Positions 30,719 to 41,485 are shown, counted from the first letter of the stretch. The stretch: 64,000 nt of DNA from Candidatus Heimdallarchaeota archaeon (GCA_020353515.1 CP070695.1:3742277-3806276); one strand, 5' to 3'. Notes: generated from the sequence alone by a model not told the origin. Numbers and translations: made by a program.

Positions 30719-31324
30719 TTGGCAATAAAAAAAGATCAAGCTATCACAGCAGGTGAATTTTTTCCTCCTTCTAATAAGAACGTGATTTATCACTGTTATC
30801 TAAATAACACGGCTGGATTCCTAAAAGATTTCGTTATTTTCTCCTTCCTCATTGGCATATTTGCTTTTTTGATTATACAATTCATGGGGCTAGTAGTAGT
30901 GTTACTTTCGTGGATTATCATTGTCCCGTGGCTCCTCCCCAAGCACTATAAGTTCATACAGATAAATAAACATATTTTAGCTTTCGGAACAGGTTCAATT
31001 CCTGCCCTAATAAAATCAAATTTTAAAATCATCTATCAAATAGAAAAAACCCGATATATTGATCTTCACTATATAAAACTTGATCGATGGCATACAAAGA
31101 AGCGAGGGGGAAAGATCGATAGTTTTGGTCGAATTGAAGTTAAGACTGATGATATTGAACCAATATTCCAGATTCTTATTCATCCATCGGATCTATCTCG
31201 TCTCTTAAAAACTTTAGAGTCCCATCGACTCCATTCAAAAGTCCAGAAATCACGGTCTCGTGATGAGTTACTTTTATTATTCCCTTCATCCCCTTATTAT
31301 TCCAATCCAGGGAGAGATCCATAG
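30719..31324 (+). CDS. Hypothetical membrane protein (2 TM + beta-rich, PH-like soluble domain)
   Basis: TM hairpin at aa ~38-73; GAGG SD before TTG. Confidence 0.65.
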   Translation: MAIKKDQAITAGEFFPPSNKNVIYHCYLNNTAGFLKDFVIFSFLIGIFAFLIIQFMGLVVVLLSWIIIVPWLLPKHYKFIQINKHILAFGTGSIPALIKSNFKIIYQIEKTRYIDLHYIKLDRWHTKKRGGKIDSFGRIEVKTDDIEPIFQILIHPSDLSRLLKTLESHRLHSKVQKSRSRDELLLLFPSSPYYSNPGRDP

Positions 31325-31360
31325 CTTTTATGTTATTTCTTCTTATGAATAGACCTGAAA

Positions 31361-31831
31361 TTATTCCCTGTTATTTACTTTGGAGATATGTTCGATATCA
31401 TGCTTGGAAAGATCATCAATTTGAGTTGCGAATGGGTGTTGGAGACCATTTGTGTCAGACCATAGTTTACCGAATTCATTGAAGACTTTTTCACGAGTTC
31501 GAATGAACTGTTCTTTTAAAGATTCTAATGAAATTGTTTTTCTCTCATTGATTACTTGATCATTCCAGAGATTAATAAAAACCATTTGGTCCTCTCGTTT
31601 ATAATCTGGAAAATGACAAAACTTTGGAAGATAAGATTCTCCAGATAAACAACTTTTCAAGATACTTAAATATTCTTCATCCCATACTTGAAGATGTATG
31701 AATAATTCCTTTAACCCCCATCCGTTTGAGGCTTGCCAATTGAGTGGAAGACTTAGAATCTTATTTGTGGACGTCCTTAAAGTATTTATTTTTAATAACC
31801 ACTCTTCTTTGTTAATAATCTTCTGATTCAT
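31361..31831 (-). CDS. DinB/ClbS-like four-helix-bundle protein
   Basis: GWGLKELFIHLQVWD and HDIEH motifs. ATG 31831 avoids overlap with the upstream gene. Confidence 0.7.
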   Translation of the reverse strand: MNQKIINKEEWLLKINTLRTSTNKILSLPLNWQASNGWGLKELFIHLQVWDEEYLSILKSCLSGESYLPKFCHFPDYKREDQMVFINLWNDQVINERKTISLESLKEQFIRTREKVFNEFGKLWSDTNGLQHPFATQIDDLSKHDIEHISKVNNRE

Positions 31832-31859
31832 ATAAGAGATCTCTCTGTTCTCTAATCGC

Positions 31860-33470
31860 TTATGGTACGTTAGGTGTTCTGTATAATCCAAGCAGATGAC
31901 GAGTAGCACTGTGGATTTCTACTTCTTCGATGTGAAGAACGCCACTCTCATAAATAGTAATAACATTAAATGTATTCATTCTTTTTGATCTAATTTTTTT
32001 ACTGGAGAAAGTTCCAGCGTTGACAAAAACAGTTTCTTCCACCTGCATTGTGGTAGCATAATGATCCAGTCCAGATAATACTAAGGGGACTCTATGGCTA
32101 GTGACAAAATCAATGACGTCACCTGCGTCTGTGACAGCTCGTTTAAAACGGGCACGGGGTATTGGCAAGACACTGTGGTGCATTACAACTAAGAAAAATT
32201 TATACGATCCGTATGTATCAAATTCATGGTCGATCATCGTTAACCGACTTCGTCCAACATGGCCAGATGCCTCTGGTCCAGTATCAATACCAAGAACCCT
32301 AAGATTTGGGTCCTCATAAATAGGATCTAATGGGCCTACCTGTTGAACCCACATCTCACGGCCAAACGGTTGTAAGTCTCGAGAACCAGGCACAATTAGA
32401 TATGGAATATTAAAATCTCTAAGCTCTTTCAATTTTATTTTAGCAACTGCAAAATCCTCTGGATAAGCATCGTTTGTTAGATCCCCACAATGGATAAGTA
32501 AGTTAGGTTTCTCTCGGATCATCATTTTAATTCCAAGATTATAGACTTCAGCAAGGAAATGGCTCCCTGGGCTGAAATGAGTATCTGAAAACTGACAAAT
32601 CCTTGATATGATTTTATCACCTGGAACAATATACCCAGCCTGGGGTTTGAGTTCCCCTTTCAATATTGATACGGATTCTTCAACAGGTTCTTGGAATTTC
32701 GAGTAGGATTCTATCCCATGAATATTGATATCCAATCTTTCATTGGCAAAATTAAGATCTACAAAAGTATGTCCTGCCTTTCCACGTGTTTTAAAACTAC
32801 TAAAAGTACCAGAATTCACTAGCAAACAACTTCTAATGCCATTTGATAGGGAAAAGATATTTGGGTAATGTCTATGAGCAGTAATTATCACATCAATCCC
32901 TGCATCCCAAATGACCTGCATTACATCTCCTGCATCTAATATCATCGATCTTTCTCTCCCCGTATTTGGAATAGGTAATAGATGATGGTGAAAACATAAT
33001 ATCTTTACTAAATCATCACCATAACTCTGGAGTTCATGAATTGCTTCAAGTCCACGATCTCCGATTCTCCCAATATTTTCATCAGGTTCGGAACTGTCAA
33101 TTCCTAGGATGACCATATTCCCTCCATTCTTTGTAGTATCTATGAAAAACTGCCGTTCACCGAAGAAATCTTTCCAAAGTTTATCTCCGATGTTACGCAT
33201 ATCGTGATTCCCCGTTAAAGTAAAGAAATTATCAACATCTGAAAAATTTGCATCTAGAAGCTTTTTGGCGTACACAAAATCCTCATACGTGCCTGAATCT
33301 GTAATGTCTCCAAGGTGAAGAAGATAAGCAGTAGGATTAGCTTTTATTAAGCCCTTGATCAGTTTAACACCTGTTGTAAAAGCTTTTTTATTGAAAAGAC
33401 CAGTAAATTTAGAGATATGGCTATCAGAAAAAATTATCACTTCTTCTTTTTGCGAAGAATCATTTGACAC
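31860..33470 (-). CDS. Tandem calcineurin-like metallophosphoesterase (Icc/CpdA-like)
   Basis: Domain 1: DSH, GDITD, GNHD, HHH, AHRH. Domain 2: DTH, GDLTN, GSRD, HHS, GLDH. Confidence 0.9.
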   Translation of the reverse strand: MSNDSSQKEEVIIFSDSHISKFTGLFNKKAFTTGVKLIKGLIKANPTAYLLHLGDITDSGTYEDFVYAKKLLDANFSDVDNFFTLTGNHDMRNIGDKLWKDFFGERQFFIDTTKNGGNMVILGIDSSEPDENIGRIGDRGLEAIHELQSYGDDLVKILCFHHHLLPIPNTGRERSMILDAGDVMQVIWDAGIDVIITAHRHYPNIFSLSNGIRSCLLVNSGTFSSFKTRGKAGHTFVDLNFANERLDINIHGIESYSKFQEPVEESVSILKGELKPQAGYIVPGDKIISRICQFSDTHFSPGSHFLAEVYNLGIKMMIREKPNLLIHCGDLTNDAYPEDFAVAKIKLKELRDFNIPYLIVPGSRDLQPFGREMWVQQVGPLDPIYEDPNLRVLGIDTGPEASGHVGRSRLTMIDHEFDTYGSYKFFLVVMHHSVLPIPRARFKRAVTDAGDVIDFVTSHRVPLVLSGLDHYATTMQVEETVFVNAGTFSSKKIRSKRMNTFNVITIYESGVLHIEEVEIHSATRHLLGLYRTPNVP

Positions 33471-33785
33471 TTTGTTTTCACCCTTTAGGGATTTTATTTA
33501 ACCTTGGTAAGATAAAAATTCTTCCATTTTCGAGATTTAGTTACACATTCTCGAATAATAGTCATCTCATCAATCTATCGATTATTAAACTGTAAAGGAA
33601 GTAGCGTTCTTCTTGTAGAATAACTTATGAAAAAAGAAATATTCATAAGAAATTAAGTAAGATTGGAATACCCGAAAGATCGTTGTATTAAATCTGTTAT
33701 CATCTGAAATATCCCTTTTTTTGCTAATCTATCATGGTATGGGAAGATAATTTTTCTTTTTTGAATATTAAACTGGTGTAAGAGT

Positions 33786-35918
33786 ATGTCTTCACTCATT
33801 AAATGTCCTAAATGTTTAGGGGAAGGTAAAGTACTTGTTATACAGAAGAATAAATGCCCTACTTGCCGAGGAATGGGCTCGACAAAAATAATAATCGGTT
33901 CTAAACCAAAAGGTAAAGATAAATGTAACGATTGCTCAGGTACTGGTCAGATTGAGAAAGAAGTTACAAAAATTTGTCCCCTATGCAAAGGGAAAGGATC
34001 AAAAGATAATCTATGTATTCTCTGCGATAAATCGGCACCAATGGGTCAGCAAATGTGCTCAGATTGTATAAAAAAGCCACTGATCTATGAGCTTGTACCA
34101 CCAGCATCCTTTGAAGCAGTTGAATTCATGAAAATATATTCTGCCAAGATTGTCAAAAAAACTAATTTTGGGTTCTTTGTGCAACTAACACCAAAAGTAG
34201 AGGGATTGATTCGTGATAAAAGGTTTAAAGGGAAAGAAGGTGACAAGTTATACGTTAAATTGAAAAATAAAAAGGGAGAGAAATTAGAATTCCAAAACAT
34301 GAAAATCAACAATATTTCTCAATTTTCAATCAAACGGGTACATGATCCTGTACCCTTACAAAAGATCAATGTGAATCGAGAGATTGGATCTTTTTTCTCG
34401 ATTCATGCACGTGTTGAGAATATTCGTCAAATCCCTCGGGGGCCAAAAGTATTCACATTAGTGGATGAAACAGGTGTAATTGAAGCTGCTGCATTCCAAC
34501 TTGAACATGCTGAAGAAATCGAAGTTGGAAAAATTGTTGAAGTCATGGGAGAATATACCCGTCATCGAGGCACTGATCAAATCGAAATCTCGGATATTTT
34601 CATCGTTGAAGAGGCTTATGCAAATGCTTTTACTCAGAAAATGGAAAATGTGCTCGATAAACGGAGTGAGCCACAAATAATCGAATTTTTAGTTAAATCT
34701 GAAACTTTAGAGTTATTAAAGGCCAAATTTGTCTCTATTGCCAAACGAATTCGTCGAGCATTACTCGACTTTCAACCTGTGGTAATTAGGCACCATAATG
34801 ATTGCGATGGGATCGTTGCGGGAATTGCACTGGAGATTGCTTGCCGTGAATTGTGGTTTCAATTGTTCGGACTTTCTGATGAGGAAAAGCTAAGGCATCT
34901 TCTCAAAAGAACCCCAAATAAACCCCCTTTTTATGATCCTCTAGATGCAGTGAGAGATCTTGACTTTGCTTTATCAGATCAGGATAGATTTGGTGATAAA
35001 ATGCCTCTTCTAGTATTCTTGGATACTGGAAGTAGTGATGAAAGCCTATTTTCGTATAAACTCTTGAAATCTTATGGAATCGAAATTATAGTAGTAGATC
35101 ATCATTTCCCCTCCAGTTCCATCCAAGATACCATTGATACTCATCTCAATGTATATTTTGTTGGGAGTGACTATAACATATGTGCTGGTATGTTAGGTTG
35201 TGAAATGGCTAGATGGATTCATCCCGACATTTCTGAGCGTATTTGTCATCTCCCTGCTATTGCAGGAAAAGGTGATCGAGTTGAAGGAGAAGAATTTAAC
35301 CAATATCTCGCGTTATCGATAAAAAAGGATTATTCAGAGAGCTTTTTAGAAGACATTGCCGTGGCTGTTGATTATCAAGCCTATTTCTTGAAATTTTCTC
35401 CTGGCCGCCTTCTTTTAAGTGATTTACTAGGATTGCAAGGAAAACAAGAGAAACAAATTAATTATGTCAAATTATTATCAACAGAGGCCCGAATGCATTT
35501 AGAAAACCAACTTCAGATCTCTTTAGAATATGTACAAGAAGAAACACTTGTTAATGGTATTTTTTTGACAATTTTAGATGTAGAAAATTATGCAAGTCGG
35601 TTTGATTATCCTCCACCTGGAAAGATTACAGGGTCTCTATTTGATCATTTTGCTAAAAAGAATCCAAAATCTGCACTTGTAACTATTGGCTTAGGTCCTG
35701 ATTTTGCGATTTTTCGCTCCCAGAATTTTAAACTTAATTTTCCTAGGTTGGTAAAGAATTGTGCAAAAAAAATCCCTCATGCAGGTGTCGAAGGTGGAGG
35801 ACATGAAGTTGTGGGAAGTATGAAGTTCATTACAGGCGCTAGAGAAGAGATAATAGAACAAATCCGTGAATTACTTACATTAATTGAAATCCCTTCCCAT
35901 CCAAAAAAGGTGGATTGA
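33786..35918 (+). CDS. Archaeal RecJ-like DHH exonuclease with DnaJ-type Zn finger, S1 and OB domains (COG1107-like)
   Basis: Four CxxCxGxG repeats, S1 (NFGFFVQL), OB fold, HHNDCDG, DHH, GGGH. Confidence 0.92.
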   Translation: MSSLIKCPKCLGEGKVLVIQKNKCPTCRGMGSTKIIIGSKPKGKDKCNDCSGTGQIEKEVTKICPLCKGKGSKDNLCILCDKSAPMGQQMCSDCIKKPLIYELVPPASFEAVEFMKIYSAKIVKKTNFGFFVQLTPKVEGLIRDKRFKGKEGDKLYVKLKNKKGEKLEFQNMKINNISQFSIKRVHDPVPLQKINVNREIGSFFSIHARVENIRQIPRGPKVFTLVDETGVIEAAAFQLEHAEEIEVGKIVEVMGEYTRHRGTDQIEISDIFIVEEAYANAFTQKMENVLDKRSEPQIIEFLVKSETLELLKAKFVSIAKRIRRALLDFQPVVIRHHNDCDGIVAGIALEIACRELWFQLFGLSDEEKLRHLLKRTPNKPPFYDPLDAVRDLDFALSDQDRFGDKMPLLVFLDTGSSDESLFSYKLLKSYGIEIIVVDHHFPSSSIQDTIDTHLNVYFVGSDYNICAGMLGCEMARWIHPDISERICHLPAIAGKGDRVEGEEFNQYLALSIKKDYSESFLEDIAVAVDYQAYFLKFSPGRLLLSDLLGLQGKQEKQINYVKLLSTEARMHLENQLQISLEYVQEETLVNGIFLTILDVENYASRFDYPPPGKITGSLFDHFAKKNPKSALVTIGLGPDFAIFRSQNFKLNFPRLVKNCAKKIPHAGVEGGGHEVVGSMKFITGAREEIIEQIRELLTLIEIPSHPKKVD

Positions 35919-36529
35919 CTCAGAGAGTAATGGTTATGGTAATAATACGTGATTACTCTTCTTCGGACGAGGATAATTGGATTCAATGCCAGCTTCAATC
36001 TTACTTAGAATCACCTTATTATGATGTCTTGAATAAATTCAAACCGCGATATGAAAATCCAGCCATTGAGTTGATTGCGTTAGTGAAAGGCAATCTAGTG
36101 GGGATTTTAGACATTGAAATTGAACAAAAGAAAGGTCAATTCTGTTTTGATGAAACTGAACGGAGCGGGATGATCTCTGTCATTGGGGTACTTTTACAAT
36201 ATAGAAGGAAGAGTATAGGTTCAAAATTAATTGAAAAGGGAATTGAATTAGTTCGAGATAATTTTGATGTTCATCGAATCGAAATTTGGATTCGTGAAGA
36301 TCCTGTAACAATTTTATGGTTGAAAAAAAACCAGTTTCAAAAGATCCATAAATTTTATGAAGTGATTCTAACAACTGATTTCTTCGATAAATATCAAGTT
36401 GAATTGCCATTTGGAATAATACCATCATTTCTTACAGGAAATGTGGAATCAGAAGGATTTTTTCAATTAACGCAACAACATCCTCCTGAAAGGACATTTC
36501 CCATTCTTATTTATGAAAGATGGTTTTAA
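35915..36529 (+). CDS. GNAT N-acetyltransferase
   Basis: VGILDIE, VLLQYRRKSIGSKL. Confidence 0.85.
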   Translation: MTQRVMVMVIIRDYSSSDEDNWIQCQLQSYLESPYYDVLNKFKPRYENPAIELIALVKGNLVGILDIEIEQKKGQFCFDETERSGMISVIGVLLQYRRKSIGSKLIEKGIELVRDNFDVHRIEIWIREDPVTILWLKKNQFQKIHKFYEVILTTDFFDKYQVELPFGIIPSFLTGNVESEGFFQLTQQHPPERTFPILIYERWF

Positions 36530-36548
36530 GTGATCTTTACAGGAAAAA

Positions 36549-37649
36549 TCAGAAGAGCTCATCAATTGGATCGAAGAGTATGAATTTTTCAGCTTGCTCA
36601 CTTTGACTGATTGTTTCCATAATCTTCCTCACAAGGCTGGATGCCTTATCAAGTCCTTCTTCTTCGAAAATTGAGATGTGTTCCCATCCCACATGCCGCC
36701 AACCTGTGAGATGCGACATCTTATTGAGTTCTTCCTCAAAATTAATGATATCAGTCTCATTTGCGAGTAATTTTTCAAGAATTATGTCATTAATTTGATC
36801 AGCAGAGATATCAGCTGGAATTATTGGTTCCGATCCAGCTTTAGGATACTTTCTAACTAAATCAGTCCAATTCGTGTCTAATTCTAACATAGTTGGCCTC
36901 ATGTCATTGAGTAATCCAAGAATTGCTAGTTCATCACCAGGTTCCTCTTGTTGACTCAAACCTAATGTTAGAGCTCTGCTGAAGATACGACAATTAACCA
37001 AACTAAACCCTCCGAGCAACATTCTCCCCTTTCGGGCGTTTCCTGGTTCTAATCCTGTGAAATATTTTTGTTCTAATGCATTAGCAATAATCTGTTCCAT
37101 CTGAGTAAAAGGAATCTTTTCGATATTATTCCCTAATTCAAAACTACGTTGAGATATTCTAAAACCCCTTGAATAATAAGTTACACCTTCTCGTTTTGCG
37201 TTAGCTATCCCCTCAACTATTGTTTCACCGAAAGTATCAGCATCACTAGTTATTGAATCATTAAGATCCTTTTTTGTAACTATAAAAGAGATTGGATAAT
37301 TATTATAAGGTAATACGCTTGAAATTGATGAGGCCTGTTGTAGAGAGTTAATCCAGAATTGTTTCGTGCAAGAATCCAGAATTGCAACAATTGCTTCAGC
37401 AGTTGAGCCAAATCTTTCTCTTAGTTTTGCCCATTTCTCCTGTCCTCCGATTGGTAATAATAAGCTATAGAAATTTCCTTCATCAAATGAAACTTTTAGA
37501 TATTCGGTTTCTATAGTCCCAGCAAAATCTTCTAGGTATTCCATAGAACTATCAGTTCGGGCAGCTAATTTCGTTACAGTTGCAGTTTTACCGCCTCCTT
37601 GTGTCCCAACCACTAGAATTCTGCCCGCATTGATTATTTTTTTCTGCAT
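36549..37649 (-). CDS. Atypical small-GTPase-like protein (MglA/Ras-like) with large insertion
   Basis: G1 GTQGGGKT, G2 GTIET, G3 variant PIGGQEKW, G4 TKKD; probable G5 (HISI) ~200 aa downstream. Confidence 0.8.
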   Translation of the reverse strand: MQKKIINAGRILVVGTQGGGKTATVTKLAARTDSSMEYLEDFAGTIETEYLKVSFDEGNFYSLLLPIGGQEKWAKLRERFGSTAEAIVAILDSCTKQFWINSLQQASSISSVLPYNNYPISFIVTKKDLNDSITSDADTFGETIVEGIANAKREGVTYYSRGFRISQRSFELGNNIEKIPFTQMEQIIANALEQKYFTGLEPGNARKGRMLLGGFSLVNCRIFSRALTLGLSQQEEPGDELAILGLLNDMRPTMLELDTNWTDLVRKYPKAGSEPIIPADISADQINDIILEKLLANETDIINFEEELNKMSHLTGWRHVGWEHISIFEEEGLDKASSLVRKIMETISQSEQAEKFILFDPIDELF

Positions 37650-37670
37650 AATGATTTCTCCTTTTTTATA

Positions 37671-39602
37671 TCAAAGACCTGCAATGATTGTCCTCAAATC
37701 TTTTGGATCATTTGCCCTAGCTTGATCCAAAATTAATCGCAGATTATTTTTTTCAGGACCCATTTTTAGAAATTTATGGGGACGAAAAATTACCTCAACA
37801 GGATCAATTCCTTCTTCTGATAAGATATCTATTTCTTTGAATACCAATGCTTGAAGCCTATCTCCTTCCACACCATAATAAACGATGAAAGTTTCTTCAT
37901 CAATTGTGTAAACCGTTTGTCTTAGTTTCACATTTTCTCTCAATTGACTTACTTTATGTGTGGGCATGTTGAGAGCTTCTACAAGTAATGCTTCTAGCAA
38001 TTCATTAATATCAAAATACCAGGGATACCCTCCTAATTGAGCAAAACGATATTGAAACAAGAAATCATCCCGACTCCAGACACTCATAGTCTGAGGAAGA
38101 AGCCCTTTATCTCGTGTGAGGTAATCTATACCTTTCTTGAAATCTGTTTGAACAAGAGAGACTGGGATGAACTTCTTCGATGTAACTAGTCTTGACCGAT
38201 CTTCATCTTTAAAAAGACTCTTGATCAAGGATACTGCTAGTGATTCTTCTTTTACTAAAGCTTCTTCTAAGATAGTTAACAAGCTACTACCTATATAGTT
38301 CCACATTCTATGGGGAAGTTGGTCAGTAACAATGTAATTCCCCTCTCGGGTATCATTTCGGTCAACACGTCCAGAAAGGACAGAGTTTGCTAATCTTTGA
38401 CAAGCCTCTAAAACATCAAATTTAGGCTGCTTGTCCGAGATCAACAATAATGTCGATCGTAGGATTGCTGTCTCCACTCCACTATAATCGTATATCCAAC
38501 ATTGACTCCCTAATTCCATAACATTCTCAATTTCAAATTGAGCACTTTGCATAAATGCATTTTCTTGTTTTAATTCATGAAAGGGGCCTAATATCCGCTC
38601 AAAAATGTCTCCTAGATCACTGATGTTTCCCAAAATCTCCTTACGTCTATGTTTATCCATGAAGGAAAGCCCTATAAGATGTCTTTCTGTAGTAGAATCT
38701 CCACCTCTGATTTCTTCGTCATCACTTACAGTTTTGCGACGAAGGGCAAATTTTAACCAGTCAAGAAATTTACTGATTGGGTATCTGTCAGTTGCATCAT
38801 CATATACCTGATATAGACTGCTTTTCTCAGAAACAGGTAAACCAGGTAAAAGAGTTCTTATAATCTCATTAACTTGCATTTCTGTGAAATGACCGTCATT
38901 TGGATCCCTTTTGTATTTACTCCATTCAAATTGCTCTTCAACACGTCTGAACGAGAGTCTTGTTTCAATCAAATTCTCAATCTGACGATCTGCTGTAGAA
39001 CTGTGTTTCTTTTGTTGTAAACAGTCTTCAGCCACCGCGGAAAGAATTATTGAATCACAGAGAGTATTATTTTTATTATAAAAGTAATTTGGCCCAAAAT
39101 ATGACGACTTAACTTCGTTCAACACTTCAAGTACTTCTAAGTGCTCTGTATAAGGCCATAAAACTAGTCCAAACAATTGTGGCAGTTCTGCACGGTGTGC
39201 AGCGAATAATAACTTGTTTCTTTGGCTTAGGATGTAACCCCGCAACTGTTTGATTTCCGAGAATAATGATTGAATAACTGGATTCTTACTTTCCTCAATC
39301 TCACGCCAATATTTGAGGCCTTCCTGTTTTAGTTGAAACTTGATCTTGTACTGTAATTCTTGTAACTGGGCTTCTAATTCAGTTAATTCTTCTGTTATTG
39401 GGACAATCACTGGCGCAAGCCATTGCGAAATCATTTGGTAAGATGAATGCATCCGCTGGGTCATGAGCCTAAAATCATCTAATTTTGAAGGCAAATTCCG
39501 CGCTAAACGAATGACTTCCAGCTGAGGAGCTAAATATTCTACTCCAGTAGATCCAACTTTAACTTTCAGCATCTCTTCAACATTTGCTAAATCAGTAACC
39601 AT
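37671..39602 (-). CDS. Hypothetical protein, N-terminal coiled coil, possible C-terminal longin-like domain
   Basis: 643 aa; EELTELEAQLQELQ coiled coil; alpha/beta C-terminus; 21 bp from the GTPase gene. Confidence 0.75.
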   Translation of the reverse strand: MVTDLANVEEMLKVKVGSTGVEYLAPQLEVIRLARNLPSKLDDFRLMTQRMHSSYQMISQWLAPVIVPITEELTELEAQLQELQYKIKFQLKQEGLKYWREIEESKNPVIQSLFSEIKQLRGYILSQRNKLLFAAHRAELPQLFGLVLWPYTEHLEVLEVLNEVKSSYFGPNYFYNKNNTLCDSIILSAVAEDCLQQKKHSSTADRQIENLIETRLSFRRVEEQFEWSKYKRDPNDGHFTEMQVNEIIRTLLPGLPVSEKSSLYQVYDDATDRYPISKFLDWLKFALRRKTVSDDEEIRGGDSTTERHLIGLSFMDKHRRKEILGNISDLGDIFERILGPFHELKQENAFMQSAQFEIENVMELGSQCWIYDYSGVETAILRSTLLLISDKQPKFDVLEACQRLANSVLSGRVDRNDTREGNYIVTDQLPHRMWNYIGSSLLTILEEALVKEESLAVSLIKSLFKDEDRSRLVTSKKFIPVSLVQTDFKKGIDYLTRDKGLLPQTMSVWSRDDFLFQYRFAQLGGYPWYFDINELLEALLVEALNMPTHKVSQLRENVKLRQTVYTIDEETFIVYYGVEGDRLQALVFKEIDILSEEGIDPVEVIFRPHKFLKMGPEKNNLRLILDQARANDPKDLRTIIAGL

Positions 39603-39605
39603 TAG

Positions 39606-41315
39606 TTAGTCCTCCTTGCTTTCCTCTCTTTCCTCTTCCTTCTTGATTAAGCTCAAAAAATTGAATTGAGGATGAATGACATCGTTAATTAGTGAATTAG
39701 TCACTTTCTGTCTTTTCATTGGTGTCAACGTGGTAGAACCAGAGAATATAATCTCAGCACTTTTCAATCCGAGAATAGTGGAGTAAAGATACGTAATCTC
39801 GGCATCTCTTCCGACCATACCAACAGCTTGAGTTCCATATTGTTTCACGAGAGTTTGAGGATCATCGGTACTTGCTGCCAACTCCTTTCTCAAATCCTGA
39901 TCTCCCATCTCTCGCATTACAGTTTCCACTTCAGTTTTCATTTCATCAAAATAGTGTTCACCACGGGGTAGAAGGCGCTTATGCGGTTCTCGTATCGCAT
40001 CCTCTACTAGATGCTCTTTATCTGTTCCAATGTTTTCATGCATTATCGAAACAGTTTGAAGTATTTCATCTCTGATTTCTTCTGTTAAAACGTATTTCTT
40101 CATGTTGTTTATACGCTTATTCATAATAAGTCGGGATTGTATTCTCCCACCAACCCCCTCTGGTTCGGGGATTTGATTTGATAAATACTCTAAAACTGAT
40201 TCCATCATTTCAAGACCAAGATCATGACAAATTTTTGTAGAATCATAATTTGACAAAGTTATTGGCAATAAGAAGCTCTCATCTGTGAGCTCTGAAAAAA
40301 GATCATTCCTAGAATTTATTAGATGAATCACTTCACTAGTAAATCCTTTAAAATCTAATTTAGAGGCATAATCAGTCTTTAATGTTGCAGAGAAACGTTC
40401 TTTATGCGATTCCCATCTATACAGTTTAATTGCTTGGAATAAGGTCCTTTTAATGGCTTCTTCATCAGAGAAGCCCTTGAATAGATCACTTTTTAGATTC
40501 TCAATGTGCGATGAGGCCTGTTTATCAAAATCTAATAGATTACGAAGCCAAAGTTGGAATACACGGAATTTATAATACTCTGAATCCCCTCCAGCCACGT
40601 ACTTGAGAGGGAAATTCAATTTTAGCTTTACTTCTGGATTATCCTTACCAATGAAAGGCCGCATATCTTCCTCCCTCATGTTGGGTTCAATAAATCTCTT
40701 AACCAAGAATTTATCAGATTGTTCAATATCTAACACTAAATCTATAATTTCTTTAATCTCATCATCGGATAAAACAAACATCTTGGTCTTTATAACGTTT
40801 AATAAGCCATAGAGTTCTATTTGGACATGTGAAAATCTCTTAGCCATGACTTCAGGACTTGATGTTTGTATGAATATTCGTCGTTCCTCCTGTTCCTGAT
40901 CAAGATCAGGATCAAGATGTTTAAGCAGCTCTTCTCGTGCCGCTTTAAATTGAGTAAATTTCTCATCTTTCGATTGGAGAGAGGTACGGAGAATAAAATC
41001 TAGTTCAGACTCGGGAAGTGGGGGCAACAGCTTCGTTTGATCAGCAAAGAAGGATATTTCTCCATACCATGGTCTGATCGTCCTCTCTTGGGTTTCAATT
41101 ATTCTTTGGATAATTTTTTGGCGTACTCCTCTTGCATCCCATGCATGGACGGAGTCATCGCCTTTATAGATAGACGCTTTATAAGTTACAGCTTCTGCTG
41201 TTCCTGCTTCAAGAGGATATCTTGCAAAATACGTCTCGCCGAAAACTGAAGAAGCCCATTTATTTTTTGTTGAAATTCGACTCCATTCGGTTCTTGCTTC
41301 ATCAAATACTGACAC
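39606..41315 (-). CDS. Hypothetical, largely helical soluble protein
   Basis: 569 aa; GAGG SD before GTG; 3-bp gap to the next gene. Confidence 0.75.
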   Translation of the reverse strand: MSVFDEARTEWSRISTKNKWASSVFGETYFARYPLEAGTAEAVTYKASIYKGDDSVHAWDARGVRQKIIQRIIETQERTIRPWYGEISFFADQTKLLPPLPESELDFILRTSLQSKDEKFTQFKAAREELLKHLDPDLDQEQEERRIFIQTSSPEVMAKRFSHVQIELYGLLNVIKTKMFVLSDDEIKEIIDLVLDIEQSDKFLVKRFIEPNMREEDMRPFIGKDNPEVKLKLNFPLKYVAGGDSEYYKFRVFQLWLRNLLDFDKQASSHIENLKSDLFKGFSDEEAIKRTLFQAIKLYRWESHKERFSATLKTDYASKLDFKGFTSEVIHLINSRNDLFSELTDESFLLPITLSNYDSTKICHDLGLEMMESVLEYLSNQIPEPEGVGGRIQSRLIMNKRINNMKKYVLTEEIRDEILQTVSIMHENIGTDKEHLVEDAIREPHKRLLPRGEHYFDEMKTEVETVMREMGDQDLRKELAASTDDPQTLVKQYGTQAVGMVGRDAEITYLYSTILGLKSAEIIFSGSTTLTPMKRQKVTNSLINDVIHPQFNFLSLIKKEEEREESKED

Positions 41316-41485
41316 TTATAGCCCTCATCATTAAACTAATGCGACTAAGTTCTTTAAAGGATTTGCTTATGGATCTTAAATATCAATAATGTTAATGTAC
41401 CGTGAAATTATATTACTCTGTAGATATTTTCATATAACAAGTACAAAGGGTAATGAGAGCTTAAAATTCTAGTGTATCTAGAAAA

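Noticed and set aside
33529-33556. Weak inverted repeat TTCGAGA...TCTCGAA in a divergent promoter region
   Set aside because: 7-bp arms are expected by chance, and I saw no second copy.
36600-37260. GTPase insertion as an intein
   Set aside because: No Cys/Ser...His-Asn splice junctions or LAGLIDADG motifs, and part of the insert is conserved in the paralog.
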